Origin: the human T2T-CHM13v2.0 reference genome, Homo sapiens
Strand: one strand, 5' to 3'
Assembly: GCF_009914755.1 (NCBI RefSeq)
Contig: NC_060925.1
Length of the DNA stretch: 64,000 bases
The stretch's first letter is position 1. Every line of letters starts with the position of its first letter. Both the position numbers and the translations under genes were made by a program. The notes beneath the pieces were generated by a model. The model saw only the letters and a list, made by a program, of their open reading frames with translations, was not told the origin of the DNA and ran no database searches. Shown piece after piece: positions 1-16,337 of the stretch.

Positions 1-1547
1 AAAAAGATAATGTAGCCTTGCAGTTCACAATTAGCTGCTGGTCATATTATTAACTTGTGGCCAAACCAGAATAAAGACTCCTGAGGCATCATTTTCCTTT
101 AGACAACTTCATTTTGTTCTTACTGTAATCTCTATTATAAATGAAGCACTTTGGCTGAGAACGATTTGTGTATCATACAGCTTGTCCATCCCATGTATGC
201 AGTAATTAGTAATCCAGTCCTTGTGGTCTCATTTTCACTCACCCTCTCTTTCCCTTCATAAGCTCCACATCCCAAGAATAACAACCACCAAAAATCAACA
301 GCACTGCTCTTCCCAGGAGAGAAAAGATCAATGTAATATGAAAGTCAGATGAGTTAACCTCTACTACTCACTTAAATGATGAACACCACCATCACTAACA
401 TATTATTTCCAGGCTTCAGAATATGCATGTATCTGGCCATTTTATTCCCAATGCCAAGATGTGCCTCATTTGGCAGGAAGCATGTATCAGAGAAATACTT
501 TCTTTCTTTTTATCATATTAATAGATGCCAATTTGAACTGAGCTAAAATTTGTATGGATAAGCCAGAGATTAGCAAGTAAACACAGACACTCTCCTGGAT
601 ATAGCAGAATAGAAATACTGCTGACCTATGCATTCATGAATGACAATCCAAATATAATACAATGAGCCCTGCAATAACAAAGAGGCTAATTAGCTGTACA
701 TGAAGAGAAGGGAAAATACTCTTTTCATATGGGTAAACTAAATTCAGTTCAAGGCCCTTTAGACCAATAACCATTTTAGACAACCTGACTAAAACGTATC
801 TTAAAACCAAGTCAACTATGTTTTAGTAAAAAGAGAAAATTGACATAGTATCTTTTATATATCAACTGATCATCAGAGTGATACAAAGCAAACGCAAACT
901 TCTGTTTTATTTTAAATTAAGAGACTAAAGGTGACAGAGAAAAAAAAAGGAAGTTAGTTAAAAACTACCAGGTCTCTAAGGAAGATATGTAAGTGTCTAG
1001 TGAGCAAATAATCCATTTATAGCACTATAAAAGAAATAATATAAATTATATATAATTACTTCTTTTGAAAAAAAATCGTTTTTAGTTTGAAAAACTATAC
1101 AGCAGGAAATTTTAAATCACAAAATTTAAAAATGCCAGTAATGAAATCATTTTGAATGAAACTGCTATTTGGGGATATTTTGATACAATATTTTATTTAA
1201 AAAAACTGAAAGTATAACACTTAGACTATTAATAATTATTAATTAATGCTAAAAACCCTCTGTGGACTAGATGGGAGGGAAACATTCTTGCCTGCAATCT
1301 CACAGGAAAGAGGACTGACTTTTCTCTTAAAGGACATGGCAATGGTTAGACCAGTTAACAGAGGAACCAAGGAAACTTGGGAATGGCCAAAGCCCATATC
1401 CAGCCAATAAGGGGAGGGAAGAGCCAGGGAAAATAACTTATCACCTTAGAGATTAGTCCTTGTAAGAGGCCTGAAGTTTGGACTACAATGTCTAAGAAAG
1501 ATATAGAAATATGGCTGTATTGAGGCTAGTGTCTGCTCAGGATTCTG

Positions 1548-1866
1548 ATAACACTCAGGATTCTGTAGGTCCATTAGATTCTTTTTAAATCTCGAACTCA
1601 AGTCATAAAAAAGTAATATTTATGTAGATTCAAATGAATAGAAATAAATATCAAAGTAGAAATCAATAAAGTAGAGCTACAATAGAGAAAATTAATAAAA
1701 CCAAAAGCTATTCTTTGAGAAAATAAATAAAATAGATAAAACTTCCACAAGACTAATCAGGAAATAAAGAGAAAAGATACAAATTACCAGTATCAGGGGT
1801 AAGAGAACTGACATCACTACAGATTGTACAGATATTAAATGAACAATAAGAGAATGTTATGAATAA
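1548..1866 (+). repeat. Direct repeat, copy 1 (~320 bp; copy 2 at 2868-3186)
   Basis: Base-by-base comparison with 2868-3186 (offset 1320): about 12 mismatches in 319 bp, no indels. Confidence 0.95.
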
Positions 1867-1985
1867 TCTTATGCCAATAAATTCAACAACTTAAAAAGAT
1901 CACTTTCTTAAAAGATGCAAACAACCAAAGCACACTCAAGAAGAAACAAATAATCTAAATAGCCCCTCATATATTAAAGGAATAA
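1640..1985 (+). mobile_element. Old L1 (L1M) ORF2 fragment
   Basis: gaaatcaataaa...aaaccaaaagctattctttgaga...gacatcactacagat...gccaataaattcaacaac matches the L1M ORF2 region after the endonuclease. Confidence 0.8.
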
Positions 1986-2430
1986 ATGGAAGGCAGGCTA
2001 CAGTGACAGGATTATCCAGGCAGTGGGTCACTGGAAGTTGCTGCCATGGTTCTGGATGGAGGAGGGGGTCCATCTGGTTTGAGGCAGGCTCCCAGGCAAT
2101 GTCTGGGGAATATGGGAACCGATAAAGATTGCTATGTTATAAGAGTCTCAGCCAAATTGACTAAAGTTTGGGAAAAAAGACCAACAGGAAAACTGACTAC
2201 AATGAGGAAACTGAGGCAGAGATTCAGACTCAAGAAATGTGTATAACCCTTGGTAGGGTTACTGGTGAGAAGCCATGTAGTTCAGTGAATGAACAAGTTC
2301 AAACCCGATGAAGGATCGTTCCAGAAACAAGTTACTGGAGTGCTAGGGCCCTTAACTGCATAACCTGGATTAGTGAATGCTCACCTCAAGCTTCCAGTGG
2401 GGCTAACAATGAAGGTCAGAGACTAGACAA

Positions 2431-2765
2431 TTGTTCACCAATCTGCTTTCCTTTCTACTTTACCACACAACTGGACCATACGTGCTACAAATCCCTGCCA
2501 CTATGGAACTGAGTTCTGATCAACAAAGTGAGTTGTGAGTAAAAGTAATGTATACTGCCTTTTAGCTCAGGCCCATAAAATCCCCTTGTGCTATCTTACA
2601 GGCTCTCTCTTCTTCCTCTCCTGCTGGCTGACTGGAGAGGATCTAGAGGCCCCAGAGAAAAAATGAAACCACAAGACAGAAAAATCCCAGGTTCCCAAAT
2701 AACTGTGTGGAGCAGAGCTTACATAACTTTGCCCCCATTCCTGATACCAAGTAAACATTGCATGA
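2431..2765 (+). mobile_element. MLT1J/MLT1I-like MaLR LTR fragment
   Basis: ggcccataaaatccc...ccacaagacagaaaaatcccaggttcccaaataactgtgtggagcagagc resembles the MLT1J core. Confidence 0.55.
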
Positions 2766-2867
2766 ATGAAGGTGTCAGGCCACTATTACAGTCACCTACA
2801 TTATTTTTAAAAGTGATACGAACATCTCCAGTAACTGCCATTAGACACGGATGAAAAATAGCTGAAA

Positions 2868-3186
2868 ATAACACTTGGGATTCTGTAGGTCCATTAGATT
2901 TTGTTGAAATCTCGAACTCAAGTCATAAAAAAGTAATATTTATGTAGATTCAAATGAATAGAAATAAATATCAAAGTAGAAATCAATAAAATAGAGCTAC
3001 AATAGAGAAAATTAATAAAACCAAAAGCTATTCTTTGAGAAAATAAATAAAATAGATAAAACTTCCACAAGACTAATCAGGAAATAAAGAGAAAAGATAC
3101 AAATTACCAGTATCAGGGGTAAGAGAGTTGACATCACTACAGATTGTACAGATATTAAATGAACAACGAGAGCATGTTATAAATAA
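2868..3186 (+). repeat. Direct repeat, copy 2
   Basis: Same sequence as 1548-1866 (ttctgtaggtccattagatt...cagatattaaatgaaca). Confidence 0.95.
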
Positions 3187-3431
3187 CCTCAGAAAATGCC
3201 TTGTGGACACATGAAATATGATGAAGCGGTTGGGTGAGGGTTATTAACTAATCAAGAAATTACTGATAAGCAATTTGTCATGATGCAAGATTAATTAGAA
3301 CACATATCAAAGATGACTTTTAAGTAACTTTATGTATTCATAAAATTTAGACATTCAAAATAAAATAAAATAAAATTCTAAAATCAACATAAATTATAAA
3401 AATCTATATAATCCATTATTGACTAATGATA

Positions 3432-3812
<381 letters not shown>

Positions 3813-4145
3813 TAATTGATAACTGACTATATGAACAAACTAAAATAGAAAACTCTGTGTTTTTCTAGATGCAGAAAAATCATTTGACAAAATCCACCAT
3901 CAATTTCTGCTCAAAAGTCTCAGCAAACTAGGAATAGAAAAGTACTTCCTCAAACTGATAAGAAACATCTACAAGAAGCCTACAGCTAGCTAGCCTTGTA
4001 TTTAATGATGAAAGACTGAATACTTTCACCCTAAGATTAAAAACAAGACAAAGATACCTGCTTTCACCCCTCCTGTTTAATATAGTACTAGAGGTTCTTG
4101 TCAGTTCAATATGGCAAGAAAAAGAAATTAAAATTGTACAGTTCT

Positions 4146-4436
4146 GGCCAGGTGCAGTAGCTCACGCCTGTAATTCCAGCACTTTGGGAGGCCAAGGCAG
4201 GCAGATCACAAGGTCTAGAGATCGAGACCATCCTGGCCAACATGGTGAAACCCTGTCTCTACTAAAAATACAAAAATTAGCTGGGTGTGGTGGCATGTGC
4301 CTGTAGTCCCAGCTACTTAGGAGGCTGAGGAGAATGGCTTGAATCCAGGAGGTGGAGGTTGCTGTGAGCCAGATCGCACTTCTGCACTCCAGCCTGGTGA
4401 CACAGCGAGACTCCGTCTCAAAAAAAAAAAAAAAAA
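4146..4436 (+). mobile_element. AluSc-like
   Basis: gatcacaaggtctagagatcgagaccatcctggccaacatgg and cagcctggtgaca diagnostics; poly(A); TSD aaaattgtacagtt. Confidence 0.93.
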
Positions 4437-4710
4437 TTGTACAGTTTCAGGGAGAAGTAAAACTGTCTTTACTCACAGATGACATAAGGGTCTGTGTAGA
4501 AAAGCTAATGGAATCTACCAAAAAAGGCTACTAGAATTAGTAAGTGGTTGCAGTATACAAATAAAAAAATCAATTGACCTATGTATCCTTGCAATGAAGA
4601 GTCAGAAATTAAAAATTTGAAAACACTATTTAAAATGGCATAAAAAATATGAACTACTTAAACATGGTGTGAAAGAGCTGCACATTACTAAAAGAAATTA
4701 AAGAAGATCA

Positions 4711-5026
<316 letters not shown>

Positions 5027-6964
5027 GAAAATATAGTTCATTCATGGGGTTGGAGGACTTAATATTTCTAAGATGTCAGTTCTTGCCAAATGGATTTATA
5101 GATTACACACAAACCAGATCTAAATCCCAGCAGACTTTTTAGCAGAAATTGAAAAACTGATTTCACAATTTTTATGAAAATGCAAAGCACCTACAATAGC
5201 AAAAGCAATTTTGAAACAAAACAAAACAATGTTGGAAGACTAACACTACCTGATTTCACAACTTATAAAGCTATTTAATTAAGACATTAAGACACTGTAG
5301 CATTCACAAGAGACACAGACAGATCCATGGAACAGGATAATAATACAGAAACAGACCCATATATGTGGACAGCTGATTTTTTTATAAAGACATAAAGACA
5401 ATTCAATAGAAAAAAGTATGATTTGTTCAACAAATAGTACTGGAGCAATTGTATATCAAATGCAAAAAACAATTGAACTTCAATATCTATATCACACCAT
5501 ATTCTAAAATTCTGTCAAAATGGATCATACACCTAAATGTGAAACTTAAAACTATAAACTTGTAAAATAAATCATAGAAGAAAATCTTCACAACTTTGAG
5601 TGAGACCAAGATTTCTTAGATATAATACCAAAGGCATAATTAATTTTAAAAACATACTGATGAATTGGTCTTCATAAAATTTTAAACTCCTGCTCTTTAA
5701 AGGATACTGTTAAGAGAATTAAAAGACAAGTCACATACTGAGAAAAAGAGATTTACAAGTCTTATATCCAAAAAAAAGAATTTCTATCCAGAATATATAA
5801 ATGAATTCTTAAAAGTCAGTAATAACAAAAAAGCAATTTTTCTAAATGGGCAAAATATTTTAACATGCCTTTCATCAACAATATATGAATAGTAAATAAT
5901 TCATAAAAGCTGCTTAACTTTAATGTAATTAGTCATCAAGGAAATGCAAATTAAAACCACAATGAATTATGACTAGTAATTTTGGAAGTTGGTTTGGTAA
6001 TAAATATCAATAAATACGAATTTAAATAGCTAAAATAAAATACCAGTTTAAATGGCTAAAATAAAAAAAGACTGACTATCCCAAGTATGGCAAGAATGTA
6101 GAGAAACTGGAATTCTCATACACTGCTGTGGAGATCTAAAATGGTACCACCACAATGAAAAACAAGCAACTTCTTAAAAAGTTAAACATGCACAAACCCT
6201 ATGATCCAGGTATTCCAATTCTAGCATTCATGCAAGGGAAAACAAAGTGCATTTCTATACAAAAAAAACTGTATACAAATGTTCTTAGCAGCTTTATTTG
6301 TAATGCCCAAAAAGTGCAAAGAACTCAAATGTCTATCAATAGGTGAATGGATAATCAATCTGTAGTATATCCATTTAATGGAATACTCTTCAGCAGTAAA
6401 AATAAACTACTGATACATACTATCATGTGAATAAATCTCAAAATAATTATGCTGGGTGAAAGAAGACAGATATAATGTATTACATACTCTTTAATATAAA
6501 AATCTAGCAAATGTAAAATAATAGCAACAAAAAGTCTAGCAGTGGTGGCCTGGGGACAAAATACAGAGATAGATTATAAAGGAGCACAAAGAAAGTTTTA
6601 GGGGTGATGGATATGTTAATCATCTTAATTGTCATGATGGTTTCACAGGTGTATACATGTCAAAACTTATTAATTGTACATTCAAACGTATGTAGTTTAT
6701 TTTAGTTATACTTCAATAAAGCTGTTAAAAAATGGGATTAACAAAAATTCTATTTTTATAATTTCTGGTTGCATGAATAATGGATTTATAAAATAGGTTA
6801 TATGGTATAGTTTACGGGGCCCTTACAGAATGTTTCTGTTTCTAAATCCCTTTCTTTGTAATCAGCTTTCCCTTTGCACATGAGCAGGGGAACAGGTAAT
6901 ACTGCACAAGGAAGATATCAAGAAAGCTTCAAATTATGGCAATTATGACGATGATGTTAGCCAA

Positions 6965-7160
6965 CAGGTTTTGAGCAACTTTTTATTTTGGTCAGGCAAT
7001 GTTCCAAGTATGTTAAATCTATTGACTCAGTTAATTTTTGCAGCAAAACTAAGAAATATGTAATAATGAAAATTTTAACTCAGATTTGTAGATGAGAAAA
7101 CTGAGGCACAAAGAAAGCTTATGTATGTTGTTCAAGGTCAATTATTTATTAAGTAGGAGA
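6965..7160 (-). mobile_element. MIR
   Basis: MIR core tagatgagaaaactgaggcaca...gttcaaggtca. Confidence 0.7.
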
Positions 7161-7284
7161 AAGGCTATATAAGCTACCTAAGGCAAAGATCAAAGGACAG
7201 TGGAAGTCAAAAATTAAATCTAGGCTTCTGAACCCCCCAAATCAAGTGTCCAATACACAGGCAGATGTGTAGATTGTTACCTAT

Positions 7285-7478
7285 CAATTATTAGGTGTTT
7301 GCTCTGTGCCAGACATTAAGAAAAGCTTTTCACACTTTCTAAAGATTATCTCATGTAATTTGCAGAGCAATTTCATTCTACAGATGTGGGCAGTTAGGCA
7401 CAGAATGGATGAGTAACCTGGCCAGGACACTTGATCATTATATGCCAAAGCCTACATTTGAATCCAGATCTGTCTGAA
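7285..7478 (-). mobile_element. MIR
   Basis: ctctgtgccagacatt...cattctacagatgtgggcagttaggcacaga...tttgaatccagatctgtctga. Confidence 0.65.
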
Positions 7479-8505
7479 ACATCATTGCTTTTCATCACTT
7501 TTCATGTCTGTTTACAATTGCAGTTGTATCATGGCTGCAAATTGAATTCATACTACAATGCTTATGGTCTCAGCAATGACTAATTCCCTCATTTTGTCCA
7601 ATCTGATCCACATAAGATCCATCAGCATTATTACCAGTAACTTCCATTTCTCAGGAAAGAGTTAACCAGCAGTCTAATTCTGTTTAGTCTTTCTTGGTTA
7701 GAAATGCTCATCTCTCAGATAGCCTTTCTCCTGCCTCTCACACTCTCAATTTTCTCCCTGCTATCATGTCTGGATTTATGGGAGGAAAAGTGTATATGAT
7801 ATTTTGGCATTGATAATAGGGGCATAGTCCTCTTACTTATGCAATGACCAAATACGATCTTTGATCTCTTCCTGTGACCAGACATCCTGCTGACCTCAAT
7901 TCTAAAGTTTGCAGTTGGCATTTTGCTCTCTCTCAGCTTGGACAAATTCCAGGGCATGCACTGGCTGACTTGGCTCTCCCTTGGCTACTGCTGTGCACCC
8001 TGCTGACATCTGACTGTAACTTCCATTTGTTCCTGGTCATATCCTAGGCGGTCAGTTCCACAGTCCTCATTACAAAGTCACCTTGCCCCACTATGGCCAC
8101 CTATACCTCTGCCAAGTTTCCCATCCAGAAACACTGATTCTTTCCACACAGAAAATTTGAGGGTAGTGTAGGAAAGATAAAGTTCGCCCCCCACCAGCTG
8201 ACCATGTTACTGTCCAGGCACAAAATTGTATTTTTTAAATAATAGCAGCTGATTACTATCTAATTCTTTCTATTTACAATTCTTTTGTAATAAATTTTAA
8301 TCTACCTCTAGGCAGGAAGATACTTCCAAAAAGCCAAAACTGGGGGGAGGTTCCAAGATGGCCGAATAGGAACAGCTCCAGTCTACAGCTCCCAGTGTGA
8401 GCGACACAGAAGACAGGTGATTTCTGCATTTCCAACTGAGGTACCAGGTTCATCTCACTGGGGCTTGTTGGACAGTGGGTGCAGCCCATGGAGCAGGGTG
8501 GGGCA

Positions 8506-8769
8506 TCATCTCACCCAGGAAGAGCAAGGGGTCAGGGAATGCCCTTTCCTAGCCAAGGGAAGCCATGAGAGATGGTACCTGGAAAATCGGGACACTCCCA
8601 CCCTAATACTGCGCTTTTCCAATGGTCTTAGCAAATGGCACACCAGGAGATTATATCCCGTGCATGGCTCGGAGGGTCCCACACCCACAGAGCCTCACTC
8701 ACTGCTGGCACAGCAGTCTGAGATCGAACTGCAAGGTGGCAGTGAGGCTAGGGGAGGGGCGTCCACCAT
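8506..8769 (-). pseudogene. L1 antisense ORF0 homolog with one premature stop
   Basis: MVDAPPLASLPPCSSISDCCASSE*GSVGVGPSEPCTGYNLLV...; matches recalled primate L1 ORF0; TGA at 8695-8697. Confidence 0.8.
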
Positions 8770-9344
8770 TGCTGAGGCTTGAGTAGGTAAACAAAATGGC
8801 CAGGAAGCTCAAACTGGGTGGAGCCCACTGCAGCTCAAGGAGGCCTGCCTGCCTCTGTAGACTCCATCTCTTGGGGCAGGGCGTAGCTGACCAAAAGGCA
8901 GCAGAAACTTCTGCAGACTTAAACGTCCCTGTCTGACAGCTTTGAAGAGAGTAGTGGTTCTCCCAGCACAGAGTTTGAGATCTGAGAACGAACAGACTGC
9001 CTCCTCAAGTGGGACCCTGAACCCTGAGTAGCCTAACTGGGAGACACCTCCCATTAGGGGCCGACTGGCACCTCATACAGCCAGGTGCCCCTCTGAGATG
9101 AAGCTTCCAGAGGAAGGATCAGGCAGCAACATTTGCTGTTCTTCAGTATTTGCTGTTCTGCAGCCTCTGCTGGTGATACCAAGGCAAACAGGGTCTGGAG
9201 TAGACCTCCAGCAAACTCCAACAGACCTGCAGCTGAGGGTCCTGACTGTTAGAAGGATAACTAACAAACAGAAAGGACATCCACACCAAAACCCCATCTG
9301 TACATCACCATCATCAAAGACCAAAGGTAGATAAAACCACAAAG

Positions 9345-10362
9345 ATGGGGAAAAAACAGCAGAAAAGCTGAAAATTCTAAAAATCAGAGCACCTCTTCTC
9401 CTCCAAAGGAAGGCAGCTCCTTGCCAGGAATGGAAAAAAGCTGGACGGAGAATGACTTTGACGAGTAGAGAGAAGAAGCCTTCAGATGATCGGTAATAAC
9501 AAACTTCTCTGAGCTAAAGAAGGATGTTCGAACCCATCGCAAACAAGCTAAAAACCTTGTAAAAAGATTAGATGAATGGCTAACTAGAATAAACAGTGTA
9601 GAGAAGACCTTAAATGACCTGATGGAGCTGAAAACCATGGCACGAGAACTATGTGATGCATGCATAAGCTTCAGTAGCCAATTTGATCAAGTGGAAGAAA
9701 GGGTATCAGTGATTGAAGATCAAATTAATGAAATGAAGTGAGAAGAGAAGTTTAGAGAAAAAACAGTAAAAAGAAACAAAGCCTCCAAGAAATCTGGGAC
9801 TATGTGAAAAGACCAAATCTATATCTGATTGGTGTACCTGAAAGTGATGGGGAGAATGGAACCAAGTTGGAAAACACTCTTCAAGACATTATCCAGGAGA
9901 ACTTTGCCAACCTACCAAAGCAGGCCAACATTCAAATTCAGGAAATACAGAGAATGCCACAAAGATACTCCTCAAGAAGAGAAACTCCAAGACACATAAA
10001 TGTCAGATTCACCAAAGTTGAAATGAAGGAAAAAATGTTAAGGGCAGCCAGAGAGAAATGTCGGGTTACCCACAAAGGGAAGCCCATCAGACTAACAGCT
10101 GATCTCTTGGCAGAAACTCTACAAGCCAGAAGAGAGTGGGGCCAATATTCAACAATCTTAAATAAAAGAATTTTCAACCCAGAATTTCATATCCAGCCAA
10201 ACTAGCTTCATAAGTGAAGGAGAAATAAAATCCTTTACAGACAAACAAATGCTGAGAGATTTTGTCACCACCAGGCCTGCCTTACAAAAGGTCTTGAAGG
10301 AAGCACTAAACATGGAAAGGAACAACCAGTACCAGCCACTGCAAAAACATGCCAAATTGTGA
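9345..10362 (+). pseudogene. L1 ORF1p, disrupted
   Basis: ATGGGGAAAAAACAG start; KRPNLYLIGVPESDGENGTKLENTLQDIIQENF motif; frameshifts and stops. Confidence 0.92.
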
Positions 10363-10425
10363 GGACCATCGAGGCTAGGAAGAAACTGCATCAACTAACG
10401 AGCAAAATAACCAGCTAACATCATA

Positions 10426-14246
<3,821 letters not shown>

Positions 14247-14472
14247 ACAATGAGAACACATGGACACAGGAAGGGGAACATCACACACTGGGTCCTGTTG
14301 TAGGGTGGGGGAAGGGGGGAAGGATAGCATTAGGAGATATACCTAATGTAAATGACGAGTTAACGGGTGCAGCACACCAACATGGCACATGTATACATAT
14401 GTAACAAACCTGCACGTTGTGCACATGTACCCTAGAACTTAAAGTATAATAAAAAAAAAAAAGAAAAAAAAA

Positions 14473-14710
14473 CGCTCTAAGAAAAGAGAAGTAAAACACA
14501 TATGGTCCCCATCTAAAGAGGAAGAAACCAGTCCAAAGTTTGTTCAAGCTAAGGGGAATGTTAAGGCCATCTTGGTCATTAGTTATGATTTCTATTACTT
14601 TGACATAAATCTATAAAGAAACATCATAGACAATTTAAATCAAATGAAACAAATATGCTTCTGTAATAATTACTGTGTCAAAGAATATTAATAAATATTT
14701 ATGTCTATTA
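14473..14710 (+). other. Putative L1 3' transduced sequence
   Basis: Lies between the L1 poly(A) and the second copy of the TSD aaaaagccaaaact (8328-8341 / 14711-14724); own AATAAA at 14690-14695. Confidence 0.8.
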
Positions 14711-14978
14711 AAAAAGCCAAAACTACATTTTCAAAAAATTATATAAGTATATTGTACAAAATAGTACAAATGAAGTTTTATGAAGTATCACTTCATAACA
14801 TTGCAAATATCTTATTTGATTATAAAGTGTTTTGATTTTATTAAAATATAATAAGTGGTTATCTAATAATTAACGGAGTTTGAGGATGAGAAAATAATAG
14901 CTGATGTTAGTTTTCAATTATTTTAAATGTTGATGGAAATAGCTTTAGTTTTGTCATCAGACTGTTAAAGAAAATCAG

Positions 14979-15251
14979 GGCTAGACGAGGTGGCTCACGC
15001 CTGTAATCCCAGCATTTTGGGAGGCAGATCACTTGAGGTCAGGAGTTCAAGACCAGCCTGGCCAACATGGTGAAACCCCATCTCTACTACAAATACAAAA
15101 ATCAGCAAGGCATGGTGGCATGTGCCTGTAATCCCAGATATTCGGGAGGCTGAGATGGGAGAATCACTTAAACCTGGAAGTGGAGGTTGCAGTGAGCCGA
15201 GATCGTGCCACTGCACTCCAGCCTGGGGTGACAGAGTGAGAATCTGTCTCA

Positions 15252-15280
<29 letters not shown>
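14979..15280 (+). mobile_element. Alu (AluSx/Sz-type) with small left-arm deletion
   Basis: Alu consensus, A/(GAAAA)n tail, TSD aaagaaaatcag. Confidence 0.93.
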
Positions 15281-15288
<8 letters not shown>

Positions 15289-15629
15289 TCAGGAAACAGC
15301 ACTTTAAAATGATAAAAATGTAAATTAAGTTTTCTTATGATTGTTTCTCCTTTGCCTCCAATATGGAATATTCAAATTACTGTGAATCCTTCATTCTTGC
15401 ATTCTGCAATGATGTGATTTGGCCCTCACTTAGCACTAATATAATTGTAAACACAAATGCTAACATATACACTAAACAGCATGCTAATACCAGGTTATAC
15501 ACTATGACTTTCTAATTCCTGCATATTACCTCTTAAATAAAACACTAAATTTAAAATCCATCATAAAGAGCTCACAGGTCCCCAGAAACCCTAAGATATT
15601 TCTTTTAAAACTGCAATATCAAAAACTGA

Positions 15630-15830
15630 TAGTGGGCACCTATTATTTACCAGGGACTATACTAGTATTTTAACATGCATAGTTTTAATTACACTCACAT
15701 GAGCTTGATTGTATTATCTTCATTTTTACAGAGATTCAGAAAATTTAAATAACTTACTAACATAGTGAGTGGTAGAGCTATGAATAAGCACAGTCTTTCA
15801 GATGCCAAATAACATGCTTTTATCATACCA
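15630..15830 (-). mobile_element. MIR
   Basis: gggcacctattatttaccagggact...catttttacagagattcagaaaatttaaataactt...gagtggtagagct. Confidence 0.6.
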
Positions 15831-15965
15831 CGATTCTATGAAAATATTTAAGATATTGTCTAAGATCCATATTAAATCATATACCTCATTATATTACCAT
15901 ATATAAAATACAAGTAAGAATCTGAGCGAGAATACCTATTTTTTATTGTCTACATCTAGAAGATA

Positions 15966-16020
15966 TTAGGTTGGTGCAAAAATAATTGTGGTTTTTGCCA
16001 TTACTTTTGCACCAACCTAA
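15966..16020. mobile_element. MADE1, internally deleted (55 bp)
   Basis: TA-ttaggttggtgcaaaa...ttttgcaccaacctaa-TA, perfect terminal inverted repeats. Confidence 0.92.
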
Positions 16021-16237
16021 TATTTATACTGCATTGTTTCTACAAAGACCCAGTGGTTCATAATGTAACACTAAAATTAATATTATCAACATAGATTTGA
16101 AGTGTTACCTCCAAATGTATAAAATATCAACCATCATCACGTGCTTTGTAAATATTCCAACTACACAATCCTAGCCCACTAAATTTGAGCCATAGGCATT
16201 CTGCATAGAAGCAGGTTATAAAATACTTAATCTTTTT

Positions 16238-16337
16238 TACAAGAAACAGAAGACCTAATAAAGGTGTTCTCAGGAAACTTTACTGTACAAGAAACAGAAC
16301 ACCTTATAAAGATGTTCTCAGGAACATCTACTGTACA
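16238..16337. repeat. Tandem duplication of a 48 bp unit
   Basis: tacaagaaacagaa(g/c)acct(a/t)ataaag(g/a)tgttctcaggaa...tactg twice. Confidence 0.9.

Noticed and set aside
1-300. Possible L3/CR1 fragment
   Set aside because: Only a short resemblance (tcatattattaacttgtggccaaac); not enough to call
16238-16337. CRISPR-like palindromic repeats
   Set aside because: Only two adjacent units, no unique spacers, mammalian context
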